Assembly: GCA_043228905.1 (NCBI GenBank)
Contig: JBHGNT010000020.1
Coordinates: 1,488,001 to 1,552,000, forward strand
Direction: 5' to 3'
From: Azolla caroliniana
Lineage: Eukaryota; Plantae; Polypodiophyta
DNA length: 64,000 bases
The first letter of the stretch is position 1. Each line of letters begins with the position of its first letter. The translations under genes and the position numbers were made by a program. Positions 19,920 to 33,500 of this stretch are shown here, in pieces. The notes under the pieces are model-generated. The model did no database searches. It worked only from the letters and a program-made list of their open reading frames with translations, and was not told the DNA's origin.

Positions 19920-22536
19920 ACTTCTGATCTGGCTCTCGGTTTCTTTAGCCGATCTGGCCCATGTTGACCTTGTCTCTCAACAAGGCTTCTTTGCCAAAGA
20001 CGACATTGTGAATCACATGTACCTCTCGGGTTTCGGGGTTATAGCACTTGTACCCTTTATGTGCATGTGAATAGCCGACTAGTATACACTTTTCGGCTTT
20101 TGCATCGAGTTTCATTCTTTTCTCTTTTCGTACATGCACATATGCAATGTTTTCAAAGACCCTTATTTATGTGTGCCATATTCAATTTGTGCCCGAAGTA
20201 TAGTTCATGTGGAATCACTTTGCTCCCGCAGCCGATGTCCGATTCAGCAAATAAACTACGGTGCTAACCGCTTTGGCCCAATAAGTTTTCGGCATATAAT
20301 TTTCTTCAATCATTGTACATGCCACTTCAGCTATTGTATGGTTCTTCCTCTCGGCCACATGATTCTGTTGTGGTGTATATCTACAAGAAAATTCCCTTTG
20401 GATTCGCTCCTTTTGCAGATATCAAGTGAATTGGTTGGAGAAGTACTCCTCTCCGCCATCTGATCACAGGCACTTGATTTTTCTATCCGCCTCACATTCA
20501 ATTAAGCTCTTCAGCTTCAAGAAGCAAGAGAAGACTTCGCTCTTCTTCTCTATCGGGAAGATCCATGTGTGCTTGAAGGAGTCATCAATAAAGGGGACGA
20601 AGTATTAGCTACCTCTAAGCCTATGTTATGTACTAGTCCCCAAACATCCAAATGGATCAAATCGAGCTTGTTGTTGATCTGATTGCGCTCGTTGGAGAAC
20701 GGAAGTTGATGATGCTTTCCAAGCTAGCATACTTCAGAAGTTCTGTCTTTTTGGCCACTAAATTTTGGTAGACCGAATACAACTTGCTTTTATGCATGTC
20801 TTAGAGTTTCGGGAAATTGATGTGGCCAAACCGCTTGTGCCACAACTCAATGTCCGATTCGACTTTCTGTCCTTTGGTGTACATAGCGATGCCAATATCA
20901 TTGGTGTCCATTATGAACATCTGTCCTTCTTTGCACCCTCATGCAATCACATGATTGTCGTTTTCAATGAAACATCTGTTTCGATTGAATTGCACTTGCA
21001 TGCCTTGGTCGAAAATCTGTCCTATTGACACCAACTTCTTGGTGATTGTCGGCACATGCAGGGCATTCATCATACATCCTCTTTGGCCGACGTGACTCAA
21101 AGGGACATCTCCAATGTGTTTGATTGTGTGGACGGTGCCATCGTCGGTCTCCATGAACCCTGGCTGCTCAAGCTTCTTCAAAGTCGTGAAACATTATTCA
21201 TGGTTCGGCATATGGTTAGAAGCTCCTGAGTCAATGACCCACACCTCTCCCTGTCTTTCTTCCATTGAATTGGCATGATGCTTCATGACGAACATGGGGT
21301 CGCCTCTCGATCGTCTCGTGTTACAGACGTAGTGTGACTTTTGTTGGTTGCTGGTTTCAGCTTTGCTTTTTCTAACACTCATCTTCCTTGTGGCCCTTCT
21401 TGTCATTGTACTAGCAATCTATTGACTTGTTTTGATGGCTCCCATCATCACTTTGACTCCCCCTTCTTGTGGAGGGTCCTTGACTACCATCGGCCCTTGC
21501 ATTTGGCCTCTGTCCATTTCAGTTTTCATTGGTGCGAGCTATCCCACCTCTCCTACTACGACCACGGGGCCGATCTGCCTCCGTGTACAACATGTGGCCG
21601 TTAGAGGATGCACCCCTTGTCGTTCCTTCGTGGATATCTTTGACCATCAGCATCGATTGCAAGTCAAAGAATGAGGGTGGCTTCTCTCTTGTGCATATAG
21701 CCATTTGGAATTATCTGAACCACATGTTAGAACTCCTAGACATACCTGCACCATTTTTTCTTCGTCCACCATCACATTGATGGAGCCCAATGAGTTGTAG
21801 ATGTCCTTGATCTTGGAGGTGTAATCAGCCACCGATATGTCCTTCTGTTCAGATGTTATTGAGCTCCTTCCTAAGTTGTAGCTTCTTGGTTGTAGTGTCG
21901 GCAGCAAAAATCTCCTTTAGATTTTCCCAAGCCACTTTCGGCATCTCTGACGTAGCCCAGCATTTGCTCATGTGCATAAGATGCTAGGCAATAAAGCACT
22001 CTACTTGTTGCCTATTCCCAAGCAGGGAAGTCTTTGTGCATCGACTCTGGTGTTACTTCATTCACTCCCTCAATATAACTACAGTATCCATGCCCAAGCA
22101 AATACTGGTGCGTCTTGTATTGCCAAGATGCGACTTCTCAGTCAGCAATGCACTTCCCATGTTCCCCTCCATCTTCTTCTTGTTGATCGTTTACCTGTTT
22201 TTGTGTACAAGAAAGTCGGTTTTAGAGGATCCGACTAAACCCTCACGCTTTGATACCATGTCAATAATGCGGAAGTCTTAATACACAATCAGCCTAGCAG
22301 AACTGAACCACAACAATGGTCAAACAAGATAGAAACAACAAACACAGACATCGTGGCACAAAGAGTGAGAGAGAGAGAGAGAGAGGAGAGAAAACCAAAT
22401 ACAATAATTGTATTACTAAAAACAATTAGTTAGTTACAACATTTCTCTTTGAGCATATTATATACTAAGCCCTAGGAAACCCTAATAAGATAGTGGGGTT
22501 TCATATGTACAAGGGGTTGAGCTTGCTATCTCAACA
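19920..22536 (-). mobile_element. Degenerate Copia element (gag-protease-integrase, no RT seen) with 5' LTR 22259-22536
   Basis: PBS-like TGGTATCAAAGC on minus at 22247-22258; LTR start TGTTGAGATAGCAAGCTCAAC resembles the LTR at 60996; WVIDSGASNHM, HVPTITKKLVS and KLDAKAEKCILVGYS fragments. Confidence 0.8.
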
Positions 22537-22539
22537 TTA

Positions 22540-25000
22540 GAGAACTGAGAGGAATAGATTACACCTTCACCAATGAAACACGAGGGAAGCTCCAAGTTGG
22601 TGATGGTGGGTTCCTACTTCCCAATGAGGAGTCAAAATTTCAAGAAATGCTAGAACGACATGGGAAATCCTTTGCTTTTTCTCCATAAGAGATAGGATGA
22701 GTACACCCTATCCTTGTGGAATCAATGATAATATTTACAATACCCCATGTGCCATGGAACTTGAAACTAATTCTGGTCCCAAAGAAGCGTATCCCAAAAC
22801 TAATAGAGCTATTGAAGGAGAAAGTTAAGATGGGAATCCTAGAACTATCTAATGCACCTTACCCAAATAGGCGGTTCAAAATACCAACGAAGAATGAGAC
22901 ATTACGATTCATAGGATATCCAATCGGTAAACAAAGTCACCATTCGTAATGTTGGAATCAAGCCTAGCGTTGATGAATTTGTTTTAAAAGCCTTTACGGG
23001 AAAATCGATTTACTCAATCAGAAACCTCTATTTCGGGTATGACTAGTTGCAATTATCCCTAGATAGCTGAGATATCGCCATAATCATACTCCCATTAGAT
23101 GTGCACATTGCCGCCAGGGGTAACTAACTCGGCGACTCACATCATGAACGCGATGAACAAAGTGTTGAGAGATTGTATACAAGATATTACGATACCTTTT
23201 CTTAACGATATTCTACTAAAGAGTGATCAATGTCAAAAAAAAATGAATCCCTAGATCGAGACGAATGCATGCAATCTGTTTTAGATCATATCAAAGACCA
23301 TGAGAAGGTGCTACAAAGGTTAGAAGGTGTTGGCTTAACATTCTCTAGAGATGAATCGGCATTTGGCCAATGAGAAATAATAGTGTTCGGGCATCTTTGT
23401 GGACCATTTGGATAGAAATCTTCTCCTGGGAAGGTGGATGTTATTCGGGAAATGAAAGAGGAATGTGAGATACAAACGGAAGTGTGAAGGTTCATGGGGG
23501 CATGCACCTTCTACCACTTTTGGATTCCACATTATGCTCATGTGGTTGAACCCTTGTATGGCTTGCCCAAACAAGGGGAAAAGTTCATATGTGAACTTAT
23601 ACATATGGAGGCCATGAAACTTAGAAAAATAATTAAAAGAAAATGGGGTTATGGAAGAAGAAGAAGAAATTGTAATTGGGGCCATGGAAGCAGTTTCAAT
23701 CGACAACACTTTTGGAGAAATGGAGAGTGTCATTGAATCGAATCTTCCTAGGAATAAGATAATTTCGATCAACTCGGTCATTTTATACACCACCATCAAC
23801 AAATGTAAGCAAAGTATTGCAGCAAACGAGATCAACATGAATACAAAATATAAGACTGTGGACAAGACAGTGAAGCATGTGGCTACTCCTCTACCCAAAG
23901 ATAGTTGGCAGCTATTGATCCTTACCTTAGAGACCCGAGAGCAATAGTTCACACCTTCACCAATGAAACACGAGGGAAGCTCCAAGTTGGTGGGATGGGT
24001 TCCTATTTCCCAAGAGGAACTCAAGTTTCAAGAGATCTTGGAAAGACATGGGAAAGGTTTTTCCTTTTCTTCACAAGAGATAGGATGTGTGGATCCTACC
24101 CTTGTTGAACCAATTATCATATTTACACTACCCCATGTGCCATGAAACTTGAAGCCAATTCCGGTACCGAAGACATATTCCGAAACTAATAGAGCTATTG
24201 AAGGAGAAAGTTAAGATGAGAATCCTAGAACCATCCAACGCACCTTACTCAAATAGGTGGTTTATAGTACTTGAAAAGAATGGGACATGCAATGTATCCA
24301 AGATCTTCATTCGGTAAACAAAGTTATGATTCGTAATGTTGGGATTGGACCTAGTGTTGATGAATTTATTAAAGCTTTTGAGGGAAGGTCGATCTATTCA
24401 ATTAGAGACCTCTATTCTGGGTATGATCAATTCCAATTGTCGTTAGATAGCCAGGATATCATGGCGATGCGAACTCCCATCGAGTTAGTATGAATGTGTA
24501 CACTACCAAAAGGAGCAACTAACTCAGTATCTTACATCATGAACGCAATGAACAAAGTTTTGAGAGATTTTATCCTAGACATTACAATACCTTTCCTCGA
24601 TGATATTCCAATAAAAGGATGTTTAGAGTCAGAGAAAGATGAAATCTTGGAGCTTATTGAGAAAGATGATATTCTGATAAAAGGTATTCCTACCAACAAA
24701 GCTAAAGTATGATTAGAAACCTATAATTCTTATAAAGGAATTGATCACATCGTGGGTGGCAATGCCATGGGATGATGAAATGAGTAGGGAGGACCTATTG
24801 GTTGTGCAACTAAGACAACATGAAAGATGCTCAGAGGACTTAGAGCTGACATTGGACAAAATAAAGGAGGCTAGCCTAGTAATAAGGAGAAGTTTGACCA
24901 AACACATCGTCTACGTCCGAAGAGGATTGAAGAAGGGAATTGGGGAATTGTCTATTACAATAGTTTGGCCGACCAACATAGTACAAAGCCTAAACTGAGT
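22540..25000 (+). mobile_element. Degenerate Gypsy-type pol fragments, partly duplicated (22540-23630 and 23650-24700)
   Basis: Repeated segments FT(I/L)PHVPW.LK.I.VPK, DLYSGYDQFQL, LPKGATNSV, PFLDDIPIKG (Gypsy RT xxDD); many stops. Confidence 0.7.
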
Positions 25001-27539
25001 TGAACCAAGATGAATGGAAATGCCAAACTGCTTCACAACGATTAAACAATTCGGTTCAAGCTTGAGCGGAACCGTTGTCGACTCCTACTTAAAGCTTGCT
25101 TCTTCTCTTAAGGAGTTATATCTCCTTATTACATAGGAATTTATACCCTCCTTACTTACATCTTGCTTAATGGGATTTATCAATAGGGGATTAAGGAACC
25201 TCATATGTTAATCAATGGGCATAAGTGTTAATTTAGATGTCTTGTAAGCTCTTAAAAATCCTTGGGTGGAATTTCTTTTGTATCATCGTGTTGATTTTGT
25301 AGCAAAAAATAACAAGTAAAGTTTTCATTGTTGGAGACTTGTACTAATATCTTAATGATAAAGTGCCTAGTTGCAACTATTTATTTGGGCATGGTTTCGT
25401 TACTTGTGTTAAGTGTCATTTTGGTTTCAATTAAGAGAGATTTGATTATTAAAATTCAATGAGACATTTCCCCTAGTTTAGAAACCCCATAATTCCGCCT
25501 CACATTCACACACTTATACATCTCGGCAACATCAAAAAAGATATGGAAGTGTTGTGGTTCATATTGTTTAGAAGTACTTAAAGAAAGATATTTTGAAGAC
25601 ATAAACCCTTCTCAAGAGTCAAAACTCACCCCACTTTTGACTAGTGTAAAAGCCTTGTATAGAAAGACTTTAATAAAGAAATGTGAAGATGAATCTCAAA
25701 ATAAAAACTTGATTTTGATCATTTCAAATCAAAATAATCGCATTGCTCGTTCAACTCAATTATTCCAATGTTCAACATTTTTCTTAGAGATGCTTTTATG
25801 TCTTCAACAATTCTTAGTAACCACTTGAATCATCCAAAATCTTGAAACTCTTTGTCATCTTCTTTCCTAATCAAATAAACCTAACCAAGTATTCTTTGTA
25901 GCAATAAATGTAGGCAAAAAGATTGAATATATCTTTTATCACTTATTTTACATGGAACACAAAAAAGAAAAAAATTGCATCTATTAGATATTGCTACATG
26001 TTTTAAAAGCATAACTAATATAACATTCATTGTTGGTGTAAGGTAATAATTTCCCAACATTAGTGATGCATTGAAGCAGGTGATAATTGTAGTAGTCAAG
26101 TGAACTACCTACTATAGTTCACACAATTAGGAGTGCTTGATGAATCAATAATGGTTTGTCAAGTGAGATTGGTTAATCAACTCTAATTTTCTAATGGTAA
26201 CTATACGACCTCATGGATTCTATTACCCATACTAGAGTTTTCCACATTACTAACCACCTAACGCCACCTTCTTTAGTAAAACATCTCTCTTTATAGTTTG
26301 GCATTCTCCTTTCCCTTTCTTTTCTTGTGAAGTTGCAATTCCTTGCTGTCTTCTACTACAAAATCATGATTTCTTACTTGTTCACAAGGTTTGGAATGAC
26401 ATCTTACTAGTGCGCACAACTTTTCAATTGCTTGAGTTGAGCATCTTCAACTATGGCAATCTCTCAACAAATTCAAAACCTTTGTAGGTTCCTTCGTTCA
26501 CTCTTACCTTTTCTCCCTACTATTAGGATGACTATCCCTATACCATGGATCATATTAACCACGCTACAATTTTCCTTTATTACAACCAACCTAGTTCCAA
26601 CATCTCTTGTAAGATATTTCTCTTTATAGTTTGGCATTCTCCTTTACCTTTCTTTCCTTGTAAAGTTGAAATAATTTGCTATCTTCAAATATACATTTAC
26701 GATTTTTTCATTGTTTACAAGGTTTGATAATAACTTTAAACGTGCACAAGGTTCCAATCATTTGAGTTGAGCACCTTCAATTTAAGCAATCACTGAACAA
26801 AACTCCAAAACTTTTTAGGCTCCTCCGTGTACTCTAAGCTTCTCCCTACTACTAGGATGTCTGCCCCTTTACCATGGTTTTTTCTTACTTTATCCTTCAG
26901 TATTGGATTTCACTTCCAGAAACGTTTAAAAGGTTTGATGAAATTTCAGAAGTCAAAATGTGTCAACCTTGGTATACAAAGGTACAGCAAATTCTCCCGG
27001 TCTGATCCAATTAACCCGAAGAACATAGAGCAGACACTTGACACTTGTATTGAGACTTCACCAGCCAAATCATGCTGATGTAACAGCAAGTTCATAAACA
27101 ACCTTGGTTCATTCTGGAGTGAGCATGCAAAGAAATACATAGTTGTGTTCCATGCCGATTTCCATCCCCTACATTTCATGTTTGGAAAGTTCTATTAAGA
27201 CCATCCTGGAGTCTTGCTTCAAATATAAAAAATGTAGAATATCACTTACATGTTGCAAAAAGGTATACAAGTGCATTTTAAATAACAGTTCTGGACAGTT
27301 TTATGAGGTTCATGCAAGAATCTTTCTTTATAGTGGGAATATACAAAAAAAATCTTCTCAAGCAAAAAATCTGGATGGAAAAATGTGCCCCTGGAATTTA
27401 TTGTAGCCATATGAATTTATTGTATTATCACAAACCCTCCATATCCAGTAGTAAATGGATATGTGATATACAAGACATGCAATGGCTGAAAACCAGCTTG
27501 TCCTCAGGATGCATAGAGATCTGAGTAACTATAAGAAGC

Positions 27540-30500
27540 TTAGGGTAACAAAATTGATTTTAAGGCAGCTTGTTGTTGTGGCTGTAGGGATGACCAAGTA
27601 GAAGCTAATGCACCAGGTGGCAATGTCTGTTGAATTTGTTGTACAAGGTTCACTATTCGAGCAACTGTTTGCTCAGAAGCCAAGTCGTTTCCAGCCATTA
27701 ATACCTGCCAAAACACAAAAATCATAAAACCATCAATCTTCAGATCTGATCCAATCAACAATTTACACTGATATATCAAAATGTCCAATGCACACCTCAG
27801 CGAAAACAGCAATCACTTTTGGCAGATTTGAGTTATTTGTCCCAAGGAGTACAGGATCAGATCTGTTGCATTTATAAAGAAATCAGTTATAGCAATCAGT
27901 AAGATCAATGAGTTAATAAAGGACCAAACTCGCTGTATTTAGCTAACCTCTCCACCATTCTGCATAATTGTTCATGCACAACTTTGGCTTCAACCAGGTC
28001 ATTTCTTATTGGTAAACAGCTAAGCCATGCAGGTATCAGCACCTAATTATAGCAGAAAAAGAAACAACAGTTCAGGATAATTGGCATAATCTTTATTTCA
28101 GGGACTTTGTTTACAGAAGTATCATCATATTTGCATCTAGAATTCGTTAAGACTGCAATAGAACAAAAAGATATGTATAACCATAACAGACAGGTACTAA
28201 ACAATGGCTTCTATAACTGTAAATAAGATTCATCATAATTGTTGTGCGGCGTAAATAATTAGCTCACAAAACTAAACAATCACCACTTAGAAAAGGAAAA
28301 TTAAGCCCAAAAAGAAAGCTGGGACTTTTCACTCCATCTTCACATTATCCGAAGTACTAACCTCACCAAAGCCCAAGTTTTTCTTACAATGATTGCAAAG
28401 TATTTCACATATTTTTTACAGAGAACTTTCTGGAAGAAGTGACTGCCAGACTCAAATGAAGGAGAGACCATCAATATATTTGAATCTGGCATGTGAGAGT
28501 TTGACTGGTTATTGAACTCTTTGAGGGTGACAGCTCCAGACTTGCACTCTCTTTTTATCTTTATTATCTCTCCTGTACATTCTCTCTCTTCCTAGATTCT
28601 TCCCTCTCTAAAATCTGCAACTCTTTTCTTTCTCTATGATCCATGTCAGGAAAAGTGCGATCTTCCAAGGGTTTGTCAGAGGCAGTGGCTAGCACAATCA
28701 GAGTGAAGCAAGGATGCCCAATATCACCCACTCTCTTCGGTCTCTATATAGATGAGGTATCACATTACATAGAGAGATTCGGGGGTTCAGGAGCACGCCT
28801 AGCAGGTATAGCTATACAAATATTACTATATGCTGATGATATTGTGCTGATTTCTGACTCTCCGGAGGGACTACAAAGACATCTAAATGCCATAAAACTA
28901 TTTTGTACGGACAAAGGTTTGTCAATAAACATGGATAAAACTAAAGTGATGGTGTTTAACACCACTCAAGAATGGGTAGCAAGATCAGAACCAGAATTCT
29001 TCTTGGGAGAGGAAAAGGTGGAATACACACGCACCTACACATACCTAGGAGTAACATTTATAGGGCCTAAGTTCTCCTTACGGGAGGCTGTTTGTGCCTG
29101 ACTTTCTCGTGGATATGCAGCCCTTGGTGCTCTTGAGAGACAGTGTGCACATTTGCAGTTCCAAGAGCCACGAACTAAGTTATGGTTGTTTGATACACTT
29201 GTCACACCAACTCTTCTCTATAGAATAGAAACATGGGGACCGAGTCTTAACAAGGCAAATCATTGGAAAGATTTAGAGAGACCTTTAGTGTCAATGATTG
29301 CCCGCATGATAAGGAACAAAGCATCGGTGCCCCACGATATAATCCGGGCAGAGATGGGAGCAGCACCTATAATCACTGAGGCATTGTTCCGATCAGTGAC
29401 ATTTATCCAACGTCTTTGGGAGCTCCCTAAACGAAGGTACCCAAGGTTGGCCCTTATGTCATCGAGACAACTAGCTAACAATGGAGACAATTCATTGTTG
29501 GTATGCAGAAATGTAGCAATGGTCAAGTCACATGGCATGAGTTTAGATGCACTACCCCTGTTCCAATATAGCTTGGACTGTCCCAATCTAAATATGACCA
29601 AAGTGGAAAAGAATAGAGTGATCCGAACTGATATTACTAACTTGGAAAACAAGATAACATGGATCAGCCCTAAAATATCACTTGGCACGAAGATGGCCCA
29701 CTATAAGACACTTCTTACACACATCAGAGGATGGATTCATCATTAGGCCACCTTATATGGACATACATATATCCTATGCGTTGCGCAATGTGATAGGGCA
29801 GCTGCGAACTTCATCACATCAATTACAAATACACGAATACCTCTAGAAGAAAGAATTTGTCAATTGTGTTATCAAGGAGTGGAATCCAAAGAACACTATG
29901 TTTGTCATTGTAGTGTCTATTATGAAATCAAAGAGAGATAACATTGCCTTTTTAAACAAGGCTTTGGTCCGCTACACAAGGTAATGGAATATGAGGACCA
30001 ACGGTGCCTAGGACTTTTCTTGCTAGAGCTGAAGAGACATCAAGAAAAGTTGTTGAAGAATACAACCACACGAGCTCATCCACAAAGAACAATCACAACT
30101 TTCTTTAGCCCCATCACTCCTATTGATGCTACAAGTCAATCAAGGGATACACAAATGGGCTCCCGACCACGACATAACAAAGGGATTACAATTGATCAAG
30201 CAATAGCAATTTGTGGTGCACGTAGGCCCCCGGCCCCATGGACCACGACCTCAACACCCTTGTCATCGACAAATAAAAGCCATTATCTCCCGCCATCGCA
30301 AGTGCTTCCCTCGCTTCGGAGACCTCTCCATTCTGGACCGACCTATGCTAGAGATCTTTCAAAGACAAAAGTTACAATACATCTAACTTGAGAATCTCAC
30401 ATGTGCCGAAAACCAGTTTCCCTCATCTCTTTTTATCTTATTTACTTTTATATTTACGGAGTAATATTTATTTTATTTTGATTTGTTGTTCTCAAAGAAG

Positions 30501-33500
30501 AGACAACACTTAAGATGTAATCTTTTATTTGGTCTTATAGGCCATTTTGGCCTCTTAAAAGATGTTAATATATCTTTCTTTCTTTCATTCTTTCTTCCGA
30601 CTAGGACATAACAAAGGGGTTACAATAGATCAAGCAATAACAATTTCCCCATGGACCACAACCTCAACACCCTTGTCATCAACAGATAAAAGCCATTATC
30701 TCCCTCCCATTGCAGGTGATTCCCATTTATCTATGCTACTTCTCCATTCTGGATTGACCTATGCTAGAGATCTTTCGAAAACAAAAGTTACAATTTATCT
30801 AACTTAAGAATCTGGCATGTGCCCAAAACCAAATTCCCTCATCTCTTTTTATCTTATTTACTTTTATATTTACTAAGTAATATTTATTTTATTTTGATTT
30901 GTTATTCTCAAAGACGAGACAACACTTAAGATGTAATCTTTTGTGGAAGCACAATGGGAACTCCTACAACAAACCCTATCCAAGACCAACAAACAACCCA
31001 GCCTACAAGGAGCTCACTTGTCATTATTGTGGTTACAAAGGTCACATTCAGCCCGACTGTTAGAAAAAGAAAAGGGACAATTCCAAGAAATCATTTTTTA
31101 CCAAAAGTCAACCTACACCAAAATCAAACTCAACCCATTCAGCCAAAGAAACTATTTTGTTTGGCATTGAAGAGCATTCTTCACGTTTGATTGGAGCAAC
31201 TACCTCAACCATTGATGAGTAGCTAGTAGACAGTGGTGCTATTGCACACATGACTTATGACAAATTTATTTTGCATGATGCCAAACCCAGCTACTCCACG
31301 ATCTCCATAGGAGATGCATCAAGCATTGAGGTTTCATGTGTCGGTAATGTGTCTTTTAACACTTCTTCGAATGACAAACCTGCTATTCTTCAAGATGTGC
31401 TACGTGTGCCTTGCATCTCCACCAACTTTCGGTCTACTAAATCACTAAGCAAGGTTATGGTGTCTAGTTTGATAGCTCAATGTACCAACAGCCTACAAAT
31501 TGTACCTAGTGGCACACAAGAAGGGGGGTTATACCACCTGAAAAGTTCCTACAGCCCCGTAAAAAAATCCAAATCCCGTCTTCTTCGTGTACTTCAAGAC
31601 TGTCACGCCTTGGTGGCACAAGAAGATCTCACATTGTGGCATGGTAGGTTTGGTCGTCGCAACTATGACTCTCTTCAAAAGTTTTCCTCTTCACAGCTAG
31701 TTGAGGGTCTTCCTCTTTTCAAAACTCCCAATACCCCATCCCATGTGTTGCTTGTCTTCATGGCAAGCAGCATCGAGAGCCTTTTCCTCATCAAGCCACT
31801 CACTAAGAGGGAGTGATAACTTAAGTGCCATACTTAAGACACCACCTAGAAGGTTGAGCTCATATGTGTCATACATTCAAGGTATGTGTCATATATATAT
31901 ATATATATATATGTGCTTTATTCACACATAGAGACTTTGTGCTTCAATGTATGAATACCCCTTCTTAGGAAGGAGAAACATATCAAGAACACATGTATAC
32001 TCTAGTCCCATAGGTCAAAATTGTTGGCCTCGTTAATGATGATAAAAATTCTAATTCTAATTCTAATTCACCATGCAACATCTATCTTGAAGTTAGTTCA
32101 CATGGATCTTTGTGTGTCCAATGAAAACCACTACTCTTGGTGGTGCACGGTACTTCATGCATATAATTGATGATTTCTCACGTAAGGTTTGGGTTTATTT
32201 GCATGCAGAAAAATCTCAAGCCTTCACCAAATTTCAAAAATGGGTAGCTATTGTCAAGAATGAGACATCAAAGAAAGTTTGAAAGATTAGGTCCGACAAT
32301 GGTGGAGAGTTTATCTCACAAGCTTTCCATTGATTCTGCTCTCTATAAGGCATTGCTCGCCAATTTTCTACACTCTCTACACACCAACTTCCACCACTTC
32401 CAAAGTGGCTCAAGCCACTATTCATGATTCCCATCTCTCTGATTTCAAACTCTATGAGTATATAGTTGGTTCACCTACCAACACAAAAAGAACACACAAG
32501 TCACAACGGCCTCTTCACATTAGCAACTTTGCCTTACTGTGCATTGTTTTGAAATCACAATAACCCACTACAGCAAAAAGGCTCGTGTTCTTCCAAAGTG
32601 GAATGCAGCAATGGAAGTTTAACTTAATTCCATTGAGCGGAATCAGACATGGGAGTTGATCCCTTGGCCTCAAAATAGGCAAGTCATTGAACTGAAATGG
32701 ATTTTCAAGACCAAGTACCATGGTGACGGTACTTTGGATAAGCATAAGGCAAGTTTAGTTGCAAAAGGCTACTCAGAAATGGAAGGAGTGGACTATGAGG
32801 ATACATTTGCTCCAACAGCAACGTACACCTCTATTCGATGTGTGTGCACTTGCTGGCACAACAATGGTTCCTCTTTCAAATGGATGTCAAGTCAGCCTTC
32901 CTTAATGGTGACTTGAAAGAGGAAGTTCATGTAGAATAACCTCCAAGTTTCAAGATTTCAAAACCTACAAGTTACACAAAACCTTTTATGGCTTAACGCA
33001 AGCTCCCAAATCTTGGCATGACAAAATTGATGCATTCTTTCTCCCTCTTGGGTTTCAACTGTTTTCCTAACAGCAATTTCTGTGTCTTTTCCCAAGATAA
33101 ATTGTTATGTTTGATCATATTATCTATCAATGACCTTCTCATTATAGGGTCCCTTGCTTCTAAAATCGAGGAGCTCCGCACTGACCTCAAAACCACATTT
33201 GAAATGACTGATCTAGGACTTCTCCATTACTTCTTAGGTATGGAGGTCTATCAATCACATGGTGGTATCTTACTCAGCCAACATAAGTATCTCAAGTAGC
33301 TCCTTGAGACCTATGGCATGCCAAATTTCAGGCCACTCTCATGTCTCATGGATCCAAACTCAATGATATCTCGTAAAGATGACAATCCCATATTTGAAGA
33401 TATCAAAAAATATAGAAGGTTAATTGGGTCTCTTCTTCACTTAACTTACACCAAGCCTGATTTGCCCTATAGCGTGAGTATTCTCAACCAATTCTCAAGG

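Noticed and set aside
26200-26875. ~330-bp diverged direct repeat downstream of importin-5
   Set aside because: Looks like an old local duplication with no termini, ORF or other sign of function.
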